This document shows positions 51,371-64,000 of a stretch of DNA of 64,000 nucleotides, piece by piece. The stretch lies in NCBI RefSeq assembly GCF_018977255.1, contig NW_024704743.1:114702001-114766000 (forward strand), in the 5' to 3' direction. The DNA comes from Callorhinchus milii (taxonomy: Eukaryota). The position numbers and the translations under genes were made by a program. Positions within the stretch are counted from its first letter, which is position 1, and each line of letters begins with the position of its first letter. The notes under the pieces were generated by a model, which was not told the origin of the DNA, made no database searches, and was given only the letters and a program-made list of their open reading frames with translations.

Positions 51371-53461
51371 CCAAAAGATTTAATGTTTGTGTTTTTGTAC
51401 ATTTGAAGGAATGTCGTAAGTAAACTCAGTATTTACAACTTATGTTACATCATAAAACTGTTTAAATGACTATTATCAAATCATTAGCTTGTGCCAAGGA
51501 CTTACAAAAACAATAGGAAATACTTGCGTATCTTCTCAATGGTGGACCCAAAGTAGGGGTCACATGTACAACAATGTTTGCCTGAAAGTCCACTCAATGT
51601 TTTAACATGGCAAAGAGCTGCTCATTCATTTGGTTTTTCTGTAATGTTGGTTTTCCCTTTATTGCTTTTGGTGCTGTGTGACAATTCAGAGTTTCCATGG
51701 CGTGAGGAGCAGTTATTTGGACCGCGGTTTCCCAACAGTACAAAAGGTAACATTACACAGTAAAATCAAAGTTTTTAACTCACTAAAATACTTCAAAACA
51801 GCAAGTTTGCACGATAGGATGATCACCAATTACCACAATGACGAGACCGGTCTCAGTATTCAAGTGGAAAATTAGAATCCTATTGTTTTCTCCGTAATGT
51901 GCGTGCAACTGTCCTACAAGATTTACTCCTGCAGGATATAAAAGTCATAGCACATAAATACATCATACACTGATGCCCTGGTCTTAAAATTGAAGACAAT
52001 GCAACATTTTGGAAAAGTCTTACATTTTGGACGCTGTACTTAAGAAGAACCACAGTAAACCAGTTTCCGAAGGAATTTCCAGCCTCCCACAGCGTCGTAC
52101 ATGCCCAGCGTAAGTTAATACAAAACTGTCTGCTTTGGGAGAAGGCATGGTCTCTTTAACACAGTAGAAGATGGAAAATGCATCAAATGTTCCCAGATGA
52201 GACGAGTGGAAATTATCACTGGGGGCTGAGAGAAGCACAGCTGCATTGGAAATAATATATAGAACCACTAATAGCACCTGATGAGGAACCGAGAGACCCT
52301 CTTATTGTTTGATAAGAGAGATAGAAAAGCGTTGATTAATACCTTGTTTTTGAGGCAAACCAATGCCTTACTTTTCCAGATCAGGAATTTGACTTTGCTT
52401 GGGTGACTGAGTTGAACTCCTCCAGTCCAGTCAAAGCTCCACTGCTACCACATTTTTCACGTGCACAGGATGTGACACATACACAGATTTGCAGTTAGGT
52501 TCTCTGGACCTGTGTGGTGGCGGTGATTTGTACGAAGGCTAAAAGAACAGATGGCTAACAATATTTGCGTGATTATGGCAGGTGGTTTGAGGGATGGAAT
52601 CCAGTTGCGAGTCCATTGGCAGCTTACATTGCCATGTGTCCAATTCAGCATTGCCAGGAATCCTACACAGTACAAATCCGGTCTATAGCAACACTGATCA
52701 AACAGGAAAGCGTAGCCAATTTTTGGTTGCAAACAGGAGATGGGATACACCCTGTGGGTCACTAAACATGGTAGTAATGAGGCGAAAGGGAAAGCTACAA
52801 GATTACAGGGTGAAAAAGGCAATGTTTCATAACAGTGTCAGCTTGGCTCGATTGGTAGGAATGGCATGACTCGCTTCCGAGTGGCATTCCACCCCTTGGC
52901 AGAACAGACAGAATCCGCATCAGCTTGGCTCAGTTGGTAGCTTTCCACCTCTGCTTCCGGTGGATAACGAAGATCTCACAACAATATTCAGAAAGAGAAG
53001 GGAGTTCCCTCTGCTTATCCTGGTCAATAATCCTCCAGATAAAATTGGTCATTCACTTTGTTCTCAGCTTGTGGGACTTTGCTAATGCTAGCTGCCCAGA
53101 AAAAAAATTCCTACTTTTAAAAACATAAGAATTGCTAGACAAACGAAGACCAAGGTCCATCGAGTTCGCCTTCTACCATCCTAGCAGTCACATGCACATG
53201 TCATGTCCCGAACTACATGCTGTATCCCAAGATATTATTTCCTAATATAAATCTATCTAATTTGCTTTTGACGGTAATTATCTGTGAGACACATTGTTTA
53301 GATGTGACAAGGTGCTACAAAAATTCAAGTTCTTTCTTTCTCCTTCAGCTGAGTAAGACGAGTTCATGCCCGAGTCCACCCACTCCCGCCCTGACTCGAG
53401 TGCCCAGTGAATAATGTAACGCTTTGAGACCCAACTTAAACTGGTACTGGGTAAATATAAA

Positions 53462-53830
53462 TTGCATTGCACTGCAAATCAGTCTCAAAGCTAGGTATCC
53501 ATAACTAATCTACATTTTTTTACTTTTCTCTCCAGTTTTCTCACCTCCTTTCCCTGATGTCTAACACTCTGATTTGTGTTAAGACTCCACTCCATCATGG
53601 GCATTGGTCACCCACTGGTATCTTGCGCAAGTTGTCTTGTTTTCTCATATGCAAGTCTAGACAGTGTCAGCAGGCGATTTAGCCGAGCCCAATCTTGTCC
53701 TCGCCCGCCATTCAGACATCCGCACTTTGAAGCAGGGATACCAGAGTATGATCAGGACTAAGGTCCCTATCTCACTGATTTTGTGCTCCCTTGGGCACGC
53801 CTCAGCACTCAGGCAAGGCTCAAATATATT
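53462..53830 (-). repeat. SINE-like repeat, copy A (inverted relative to 59270-59675)
   Basis: Closely similar to the reverse complement of about 59310-59675; the ORF track gives parallel peptides (MLRLHS.MGIGHPLVSC..). Confidence 0.8.
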
Positions 53831-56800
53831 CCTGGGGAAGGAGAGGGAGGGAGACGAGGATGGAACATGAAAATTCACCAAACTAAGGGACGACAAGGTG
53901 GAGAGGGAATGACATTAACCGAAAAGATCCAATGGCAATATTTTTAAATATCATTAACTCTCTCCACCCAGTCAGCTACATTGTTTTATCTACTTTATAA
54001 AAACATATTTCATGCTAGTAACTGTGAAATACACATGGGAAGATTCCCCCTCCCCCCATTGTATTCCAGAAGAAAGCTTTGTATCAAAAAGGAGCCCTTT
54101 TCCATAGCTAATTAAATGGATCCATTTATCCCATTATATATAATCAGGGCAATTGAATTGGTTCCTGCTGTATCAAAATTGTCACTGAAAAAATGCAAAT
54201 TAAATGTTTCATTCTGAGACACTTTGTGCACAAATTTATAGGGATATTTTTACAAGGCTCCATCTCAACGCGTTCTGCTTATCAGGATCTGTATCTTCAA
54301 GGTCATTACTTCTCAAACCTTCAAACGCAAGGCAGCACTTTCTGCCTGCTTATTTCACATGCACATTTAGGATCAGACACAGATGGCTTCCAACAAATTC
54401 CTAGCTTCATGCAAGCTATTAAAAGTGGCTGGATAAGTGGAGGCAAATGTCGTCATTACAGGAGGAAGGGTGCACATCATTAAGACATCCATCATTCCTT
54501 GGTATAATTAGATTTGTATGTTGATACATTCCAAAGAAAACCTTCCATTTGAGTTTATTTGAAATGGAAAGCTAACCTAGACAAGCGAGGCAAAAACTGA
54601 TGGGAGAAAAATAGAGGCATTTAAATATTGATAACTATGCAACACAACACAAGTGCAGTTAGAGCCAATCTTGTTTGTGTGTTTCACCCACAAAATATAC
54701 AGTTAATTCACTTAACAATATATTCTATGAGTGTTTTGAGATGTCTTCGAGACGTAATAAGGCCCTATATCAAATGCAAGGATTATTATTTTTATTATCA
54801 TCCTACTCTTCAAGGCTTTGACCACTTCTTACTTACACTCCTTACCATGACCCAGACCAGGAAATGGACTTCATATTGTGGGATTTTTATTCTCTGGGTT
54901 GCCAGCAGCTCATCTGTGTGCATCATAGACTGGGAGCAGAGCACTCATTACTAAGATAAATGAGGATACTTTACACCAGCCCAAATTAGTAAAGGACTAA
55001 TTTAGTTGTATTGTTTTAATGTATTCATGGCCTTAATTTGGCAGAAGGAATCAGGCATTAAGGAACACTGCAAATTTCATCTCGCAGAAACACAAGAGTC
55101 ATTTGGCTCAAGCACTGAGATGCCGTCCGTCGTGAAGTCACACCTCTTTTTATTAATCCTTCGCTGACAACACTGATCTGCTATGTGTATCTAGATATTG
55201 GCAGATATTGACTCACAGTGCTTATGTTAACAGTCGTATTTAAATTCTGTATGAAAACTGTTCATATGTTTGTCATTAACTGTTATGAGATAGCCTATGG
55301 TCGGTTCAGTGTCACAGTAGAAATCCCACCTCACAAAAGAATATCACTAACAATATGAAAGCGAGTCAGGGTTCCAGCTGAACCCTACATCATGGATCTT
55401 TCATTCAAGAGAATACTTAATGAGAAGAGAGCAATGCTGTTCTCCACACTTCCTCATACCATTGCACTTGGGAGTGTAATTCAAGACACCCACCTCAAAA
55501 ATAAACCCAGTCACTACACTTACAGTGAATCCTCACTTTGAGACATCCTTCCAACGTGAAAGGTCCTATTCAGTTGCAAGGAATTTTATTATCTTACTTC
55601 CTAATAGATGGGATTACTTTTCAATGTCAAGCACCACAGCCTTATAACTTGTTGAATGTTGCAGTTAGCATTAATTGAAGGCAAACTGGGTCATGAATCA
55701 TCAACTAACGAATTAAGTTTATTATCCCAGCTTCACAATCAACCTATGTATTGGTAATTCCATGGGGGTAATGTCAACAATTGTCTATTATTACTTAAGC
55801 AGAATACATGCAAATCATCACATTTGTCAAATCACTGCCCAAATTTACAAAGCCATCTTCACATGTGAGCCTTGGGTTTGGTAATCACATACATGCTCCT
55901 TCCAGTCAAAGTTTAAAAAGTTATGAGTTCTTGAACATATGTATCTCTAACTTTCTTGGTCTGTTCACTGAAGCATGAAAGCTTCAGAGGAATTCAGATG
56001 TCTCGATCAGAATTCATCTGTAAGTTGCAGTGAGTAGAGCAACGGTTTAATGTGCGGGGCTTTCTAATTTAAACCCTTTTATTTGTAGGACAATAAATGG
56101 AATGAACTCTTTATTAAAAAAAAGTCCTCCTATCCCCTTCCTTTAACATTTGAGCAGCTCAAATGATTCCACTGCCTTTTAGTATCAAGTTATTTGTATA
56201 GACTGATAACTCAATTTTCACAACCCTCACTGTTTTCGGAAATCTCTTTGGTTCTGTAAAATGTCAACTATCACAAATGGACAGCCATCTGTTGATTTTG
56301 TGAAACTGACTAGTGGTTGGGTGGGTGGGTGGATGGGTGTGGGGGAGGGAGAAGTGTTCTTCTGAGATGCAAATTCAGCAAGAATAATGTTATGTTCATG
56401 CTTTCTTTTTCATTTCATCTTTAATTCCATGCTTTCTTTTTCAACTTGTACCCTATCTAATGTAGAGTCAGAAAGGAAACCAGACAGGCATTCAGTTGTC
56501 AGAAGACAATGTGGTGTCCTTCTGTTTTTATATCGACTAATAATGAAAAACAGGTTTCAAAGATTTCTGCATGAAATAACAGATTCTTTTGGAGTGAGTG
56601 CAAGGCTCCACTGCAATGAAGGAGGCATTAAAGAAATCCTAAAGCACACGAGTAAAGTTTATAAATGTCAAATCTAAAAACTCAAATGTCTGGCTCAATC
56701 CCTCCGCCATGCCTCCTCCTAGTCTCTCTTCAGACCGTATCTAAAGACCTTCCTCTTCAACCGTGGTTATAGTCACCTCTCCTTTCCCCTGGCTCGGCGT

Positions 56801-58899
56801 CAAGATTCACCATTATTAAGCGCTCAGAGACCCTACCGCGCGGGAAGGGTGCTATATAAATACAAGTTGTTGTTACCTCGACACTGGATTTGCCTAATTA
56901 AAGCACCGCTTTCTGTGTGTGATGTACAGTAATTGACAGAAATACTTGGAGCATTGTGAATACATCATGAATTCTAGTGGAGGCAGCCAAAGAAAGATGA
57001 TTTGACACAATAAATTATGGCATTTCGTCAGGTGTGCACAGACCTCACACAGACTTTTCCAATTCTGCTCTAATATAGAATTTCAATGATATATAGAAAC
57101 AAATTGGGATGATGATATCCATCCCCCAAAATTGTACATGGTCATAACCTTAAGGCCACTGTCTTCATATTTAAAATAGTGCAAAACTTCAGAAAACTCC
57201 AACTTGACAACTCCAAACTGGCAATCCTGGGTGGTGGGTGTGGTGGGGGCGGGGGGTGGTGGGTGGGTGGTAAGCAGAGTCTCATTGGAGTTAGACTGGC
57301 TCCAAGGTGACAGGTTTGGCAACGGAATGTCAGAATTGAGCTATCTGATGTGGCAGTGTTTGTAGTCCAGTTCCTGAGTCAGGCGGGTCCAGGTACTCCA
57401 GGGCACTCTGAAGTCCCCAAGTCTTGGTTCTTGCCAACATGCACCTAATATTCAATTTTTTTCACAAATTGTAAAAGAAAGGCTTCCAAATGAAGAGTTA
57501 ATTTTAGAAATTTTCAAAATTCTGCACAATTTTAAATTTCACAACACTGGGCATGTGGCTAAGATAGTGAGAAATTGAGGGCTTCGGAATCCTGGGAATT
57601 ATATGTGCGTAGAAAAGCATATCATTCTACGCGATCTTACATTTTAAGACAATGATATTCAGTGCAAAACCACAAAAAATTTCAGGACTTCGTTTTGTAG
57701 TTCTGCACACCTGAAACCAAAATCTGCAAGAAACATAAATGTCTTATGGTAGAAGCTAGACAAGTTTCACAAACTCTGGCTAGATTTTTCTCTTCATATT
57801 TACTCTGACTTTTCTTTTGATACTTATCTGATTAGCAGTAACAAACAGACTGCCAAGTATTTCCTGTTCAGACAAAAGCTTTTGTGCATAGCTTGCCTCA
57901 CAGTGAAACTTCATTAAAAGCACCAACCGTTAATGAGCTCAATATGCCATAAACGATCACAGAAAACTTCAACCAGTCAACTACAGAACATATGTAACGC
58001 ACTCATCCACAGCTCATCCAACTCAGGAGGAAAATAATGATGTGAATGGACCCTTACATAAACATGAAATAGCATGAGGAAGGAACCTTACTTTTAAATA
58101 TTTTAATTGAAAATAAACAGCAATGCCAATACAGGACCTCTTAAAGGCAGATGGAAACAGAGTTACCCCAGCGGTATAAAAGCAAAGCAGAGTCTAAACA
58201 ACTGCTTCTTGCTTATTAAAACATGGTTTCATTTAGATCTTTATGTACGAAATACATACGAAAATGAGTGTAGGAAATTGTTAAAATAACAACTTGATTT
58301 ATGAAGCACCCTTAATGCAGCATAGCGTCTTGGAGCACTTTAGAGTAGCAGCAAAGGAGAAGGAAACTAGGTTTTGTGGCAAATGTGATTTTCACCAACA
58401 AATATTTTATACTTGCATAGTTTAACTTCAGGATAAAATCATACCAGCAACAATACTAATTTGTGAGCAAGCTAAACGTCAGCATACAACTAACTAGATG
58501 TATATCTCTCAATTTGTGAGCTTGAATTATTATTGATCTCATAACAACGTTGGGAACACTTTCCTCTGCTGTTGAGAGTGCCTTCCTTTCCGTTCTCCTG
58601 TTCAACTAACATTTCAGCTGACACCTCAGATCTACGACTGACTCCTGCAATAACATAACAGTGAATGTTTGTTTGTGCTCCAGTAAAATCATAGCGCAAA
58701 CAGAACAAGAGCATTTCACGTTCATTTCTTCGTCTCAGTGAATTATTCTGTCCTCATCGGGCTGGGAAGTGGAACATTTGCAATAATAATACCCTTGGAT
58801 TTGATGCAGCGCCTTATCATATCTTCGAGATGTCTCAAAGTGCTTCAAAGAATATACTATAAAGTAAATTGACTGTATAATCCTTTTTAACATTTAGAT

Positions 58900-59245
58900 T
58901 TGCATAGAAACATAGGAACAGGAGTAGGCCATTCAGACCCTCGAGCCTGTTCTGCCATTCTGTAAGATAATGGCTGATCTTTACCTCAACTACAATTACT
59001 TGCCCTTGCCCCATATCCCTTGATAACCTTAATAAAAGACAAAAACTGCAGATGCTGGAAATCTGAAACAAAAACAGAGATCGCTGGGAACACTCAGCAG
59101 GTCCATAACCCTTGTGACGAAGGGTTGTGTACCCGAAACGTTGACCCACTTTCCTTTCTCCATAGATGCTGCCTGACCTGCTGAGTGTTGCCAGCGATCT
59201 CTGCTTTTGTCCCTTGATAACCTTGCCTAACAAATATCTATCCAC
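58900..59245 (-). mobile_element. CR1-type 3' end interrupted by a Penelope-like insertion (59031-59209)
   Basis: CATAGAAACATAGGAACAGGAGTAGGCCATTCAG..; the CR1 sequence resumes after a 15 bp duplication. Confidence 0.75.
59031..59209. mobile_element. Penelope-like fold-back element with a 15 bp target-site duplication
   Basis: TCCCTTGATAACCTT at 59016-59030 and 59210-59224; inverted left arm; GTGACGAAGGGTTGTGTACCCGAAACGTT core. Confidence 0.7.
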
Positions 59246-59269
59246 CTCACCTCAGTCTTGAAAAAGTTT

Positions 59270-59675
59270 GCGTAGAGTTAGCTGATCTCAGCTGGGGAGC
59301 TGAGGGGCAATTTATTTGAGTCTTGCCTGAGTCCTGAGCCCTGCCCCAGGTAGCAACAAAACCAATCAGATAGGGACCCCATTTCTGATCATAGTCTGGT
59401 AACCCTGCTTCAAAGTGCGGATGTCTGAATGGCAGGTGAGGGCAAGATTGGGCTTGGCTAAGTGGCCTGCTGACACTGTCTAGACTTGCATATGAGAAAA
59501 CAGGACAACTTGGGCAAGATACCAGAGGGTGACCAATGCCTATGGTGGAGTGGAGTCTTAACACAAATCAGAGTGTTAGACATCAGGGAAAGGTGAGAAA
59601 ACTGGAGAGAAAGGTATAAAAATGCAGATTAGTTATGGATACCTAGCTTTGAGATTGATTTGCAATGAAATGCAA
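59270..59675 (+). repeat. SINE-like repeat, copy B
   Basis: GAGTTAGCTGATCTCAGC..GGTGAGGGCAAGATTGGGC body; older relatives at about 29760-30050 (minus) and 13160-13230 (minus). Confidence 0.75.
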
Positions 59676-60129
59676 ACCAATTGACTGTATAATTTTTGGG
59701 TGAAGCGCAGCAACAACAACAAGTTGCATTTATATAGCGTCCCTCACACAGGGTAGCGTCCCAGAGCGGAGTGGACAGTGGCGGAGCACGACTCTGAGCT
59801 GGGGGGAGGGGGAGGCACGGTCGAATAGGAAGATCTTCAGGTGCGACCTGAAAATGAGGAAGGGGCAAGGCAGAGGTATAGAGGAAGAGTGTTCTAGAGT
59901 TTTGGGGCATAGTGGCTGAAAGCGTTGCCACCAATCGCGGAACGGAGGGCAGGTTGTGGGTTAAGCAGGTCGGAAAGCTAGTGAGGTGCCATGGCATGAA
60001 GGGATTTGAAAACAACTGTGATGATCCAATTGCGGCAGCCTATTGCACACATTAATGTCCCACAAACAGTCATGGATTGAGTGACCACATTATTATTGTT
60101 TTTTTATTTTATTTTTTTGATCTACAATC

Positions 60130-60392
60130 TCAGAATAGCCTCACCTATCAAACAGCACTGTAAACCTCTCTGCAGCCTTCATTGAAGCTGAGTTAAAGTT
60201 GTTAAATGTAAGGCCAGTTTTCTGCTGTAGACCAAAGCAATTGGAATTGGATGTCCTGGTTTCACATCAGACTTCAGAGTCCAAACAAGAGGAAGAAAAA
60301 AAACTTACATCCCATCAGTCTGGCTTAGATTTGAACCCAGATCCCAGAGGGAAAGGCATAGCGTGCTTTCCCACTACACCACTCAGTTCCTT
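60130..60392 (-). mobile_element. Old tRNA-derived SINE resembling LF-SINE
   Basis: Minus strand GGAACTGAGTGGTGTAGTGG..GCCTTTCCCTCTGGGATCTGGGTTCAAATC..TGATGTGAAA..GCAGAGAGG; resemblance judged from memory. Confidence 0.45.
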
Positions 60393-62100
60393 ATTCTGAA
60401 TACATTTCAAAACTCTGTTTGCACACTGTCATTTCTTTTGATCATTTCACTCGGATTCAGAAGGTTTTGCTGACTTTGTCAGGCTGCACTCAAACCCATT
60501 TTCTTATCCCCCTGCAACAATAAATCATCACTGCGCTGACATCCACAACATCTGGAGGTTGTTTCAGTAAGGAACAAGCCTGAAGATGTGTTCAACCTCT
60601 CTCCAAATCATCCTGGGAAAAATCTTGAACTGAGAACGATCCCAGTACAACGACGGAACTGAGAAGGAATGGAACATTTCTGAGGATATTTACCAGAAAG
60701 AGACTCTGCCTTTAGTTCGTACATTATTTAACTCATGTCTGACAGCCGCTGAATAACTTGTTAGAAGAGAAAACCCAGTTCCTAACTATACATTCATTCA
60801 GCATCAAGTTCTCAGATCACTAAATCTTTGCTCCCTCCCTCACCTCGTCCAGGGTCCAGCTCAAGACCTTCCGCTTTCGGTCATCTTTCTTCGCCCACTG
60901 TAAATGTAAACGTGTTTGGTATTGTAGATGTATCCGTGATAATGTCTGATGATTGCTTCTAAATCACAAATGAACCACAGTATATGAAAAATTCACTGAA
61001 TTCAAACAAAAAAGCAAATCTAGTTCTGAAGAAGATTACTCCAAATATTCACCTACAACACAGGTCACTGCCCTTTACAGTAAATCCTGCAAAGTGCTTT
61101 GAGACATCCTCCAATGTAAGGATTATTCTGGTAAATATTATAATCCTATACAAAAACACAAAATGCAAAGAGTAAACCATTCCACAGGTATTAAATGGTT
61201 AAATGTGTTTGAGGATACTTTGTCAAACAAATCTCAGTGCATTTGGCCCAGTCAGTCAGTAGGAATAAGAAGTTTCTAAACATGTTTTATGTCTGATTTA
61301 TATTCTCACTCTACAGGAAGGTTAGGACATTGAAAAAAAACACTCCTGAGTAATAGCATTTCCACTTATTGTCTTTGGCGAACTGTATATTTGTATCATT
61401 GTATTCAAAGTTTCCAGTGGAGAAAATGACAGAATTTGATTTCTTGTTAAAATTCATAATGGCAATTTTAAGCCAATAAGCTTCCTAGTAACCGTTAAAG
61501 TCAATTTTGAGAAGGTAAAAACTTTGCAATACATTTTTATACAATTGTTAACAAAAGGTAGGTAATTTTGGCAGCATTTATTATCAATAGCATGGATAAG
61601 TTTTTACATTCTAAGGATTCTTTGCACGGTTATTCATTGTTTTTCTCAAAAAATGTACAGCATTTGGAAAATGGATTAACTTTGAATATTAAAACTTTCT
61701 TACATAAAAACCTTTTTGCAAAGAAAAATTGATGTATTAATTTTATAAGAATCCTTACATTTGATATAGCACCTTTCATGTTGTGAGGACATCTCAAAGT
61801 GCTTCATGGATTTACTGTAAAGTACAATGATTGTATTTTATAGGCAAACATGGCAGACAATTTGTGCAGAGCATGAATGACCAATTTTATCCAGGGGATT
61901 TTAACCAATGATGATTTTTTTTCATTATAATCTTGCAGCACCATTAAATAAAACATACCTTATCATATTTCATTGATGAATATGTAATTTGGAGCATTTA
62001 CATTAACCAACTCAGACACTGATTATAAGTAAGTACTCAAATCACAAACCTGCATTGACAAGTTGAACTCATATCAGTAGACTACAATTGTAGCTATCAA

Positions 62101-63635
62101 GCTACCGGCCCATCTCCAACCTCCCCTTTCTCTCCAAGGTCTTGGAAAGAGTTGTCGCCTCCCAACTGCGCTCTTTCCTCTCCACCCATTCTCTTTTTGA
62201 ACCCCTTCAGTCAGGTTTCCGTGCTGCTCATAGCACAGAAACTGCCCTGGTCAAGGTCACCAATGATATCCTGACTATCTGTGACCAGGGCTCCCTCTGT
62301 CTCCTCGTCCTCCTCGACCTATCGGCAGCATTCGATACGGTCGACCACGCTATCCTACTCCACCGCTTGTCCTCCCACCTCAACCTTCAAGGCACTGTCC
62401 TTGAATGGTTTAGCTCTTACCTTTCCCACCGTCTTCACTTCGTCTCAACGAATGGCTTCTCCTCCACCCCCCGTACTGTCTCATGTGGTGTCCCTCAGGG
62501 CTCTGTCCTCGGTCCCCTCCTCTTCACCCTCTATATGCTCCCCCTCGGTGACATCATCCGCAAACATGGGGTTAACTTCCACATGTATGCGGATGACACC
62601 CAACTCTACCTTTCCTCCTCTACTCTCAACTCCACGACCACCGATGTCCTGACAGCCTGCCTGTCCGACATCGAGTCCTGGACGAGAGACAACTTTCTTC
62701 AGCTCAACGTGCGAAAAACCGAGGCCCTCCTGATTGGCTCACGTCAGCGCCTCCGCACCTCAGGCGCTGACACCATCAGCATCCAAGGCTGCACTCTCCA
62801 CCTCTCAAAGCCAGTCAGGAACCTCGGCGTTTTGTTCGACCCTGAGCTGTCCTTTCTCCCTCACATCCGCACCACAACTGGCACCGCCTTCCATCACCTC
62901 CGGAATATCGCCAGATTACGGCACTACCTCACCCCTCACGCTGCTGAAACCCTGGTTCACGCCTTTGTCACCTCAAGGCTGGACTATGGGAACTCTCTCC
63001 TCGCCGGCCTTCCCGCCACCTCCCTCCACAAGCTGCAGGTCATTCAGAACTCTGCAGCTCGTGTACTGTCCCGCACCAGGCTTCGGGACCACATCACTCC
63101 CACCCTCGCTCGCCTCCACTGGCTCCCCATCCCCCAGAGGATTGATTTCAAGATCCTCATCCTCACCTACAAGGCCATTCACGGCCTTGCTCCCTCCTAC
63201 CTCTCCAACCTACTATCCCCCTACCTACCTGCCCGTACCCTCCGTTCCTCTGGCTCCGGTCTGCTCCACGTCCCCCGCCCCAACCGCCCTACTATCGGTG
63301 GTCGGGCCTTCAGCCTCTCAGCCCCGAGGCTCTGGAACTCCATCCCCCAGTGCCTTCGCCTTGCTTCCTCCCTTTCCTCCTTCAAGGCCGGTCTCAAAAC
63401 CTTTCTCTTTGACCGTGCCTTCAGCTCCCCTCTCGACTCTCTTCCTCCTCCTCGCTCCCTCCCTTCCCTCCCCTCACCCTGACCATTTCCCCCCTCCTCT
63501 CTCCCTCCCTTCCTCCCCTCACCCTGACCATTTCCCCCCTGCTCGGGTCATGACCCAACTGTGCAGCGCCTTGGGACGTCCTCCTGACGTGAAAGGCGCT
63601 CTATAAATGGAATCTTGTTGTTGTTGTTGTTGTTG
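62101..63635 (+). mobile_element. 5'-truncated young L2-clade LINE (RT and C-terminal region of ORF2, 3' UTR, (TTG)n tail)
   Basis: Frame open 62103-63482: [50 protein letters not shown]; pyrimidine-rich UTR with an internal ~36 bp duplication; (TTG)7 tail; possible ATCAA target duplication at 62096-62100 and 63637-63641. Confidence 0.93.
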
Positions 63636-63912
63636 AATCAAATGTCTGTATCAGCTGTTTCTAGCTTTATAGGCCATACCAAGGTCAATACTGTTACTTA
63701 AAATGCCTACAAAGCATCCTTCAATTCACCAATTGCTTCCCCTTCTTAAGTCTCTCCATACCAACAAGTAGCTCACAGACATCTATTGTTACACAATGTA
63801 ATTTAAGGTAATGTAGAAGCAGTGGGTTACTGACTGTATCCAGGTTTCTCTTCACCAGAGATGGAGTAGCATCTCTATTCCGTAAACATTACCATACATT
63901 GTCAACCCAAAA

Positions 63913-64000
63913 TTAAGTTAAAAGTAATCTCAAATTCAGTTCTGGGCCCCACACTTTAGGAAGGATGTCAAGGCATTGGAGAGGGTGCAAAGGAGATTTA
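63913..64000 (+). mobile_element. CR1 ORF2 fragment running off the window end
   Basis: QFWAPHFRKDVKALERVQRRF. Confidence 0.8.

Noticed and set aside
53576..53761. Apparent paralogous small proteins (with ORF 59247..59564)
   Set aside because: The similarity reflects the inverted DNA repeat pair; no ATG start or splice context.
57228..57270. G-quadruplex-like tracts (also 4555, 21530, 50219, 56315)
   Set aside because: Short low-complexity G runs, some from L2 UTRs; no sign of function.
58490..58714. Possible alternative PREX2 exon in intron 1 (TTGCAG acceptor-like site near 58645)
   Set aside because: No convincing donor and no resemblance to the PREX N-terminus.
62734..63606. 290 aa Pro/Ser-rich ORF
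   Set aside because: Alternate frame of the C-rich L2 RT and UTR; no independent evidence of coding.
36247..64000. PREX2 exon 1
   Set aside because: No LRLRVCVLSELQKTERDY-like sequence or CpG island seen; probably beyond the window.

Overview
Vertebrate intronic DNA, most likely from a cartilaginous fish (inferred from its repeats; possibly a chimaera). It holds 11 consecutive minus-strand coding exons of PREX2 (exons 2-12 by my recollection of human numbering; DH, PH and first DEP domain) between 810 and 36246. All are GT-AG and in compatible phase. Everything above 36246 appears to be intron 1; I did not find exon 1 or exon 13 onward. The introns are packed with retroposons: a young 5'-truncated L2 LINE with an intact RT frame (62101-63635), an older L2 copy, many CR1 fragments, and two Deu-domain SINE families that share the L2 3' tail. 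There is also an HSP70 pseudogene fragment. The most notable unannotated signals are: (1) four small Penelope-like fold-back repeats carrying a minimal hammerhead-ribozyme core; (2) a ~480 bp imperfect palindrome beside exon 12; (3) an unassigned repeat family with a conserved 3' stem-loop and A-tail. All family names come from recalled motifs, not database searches, and repeat boundaries are approximate.
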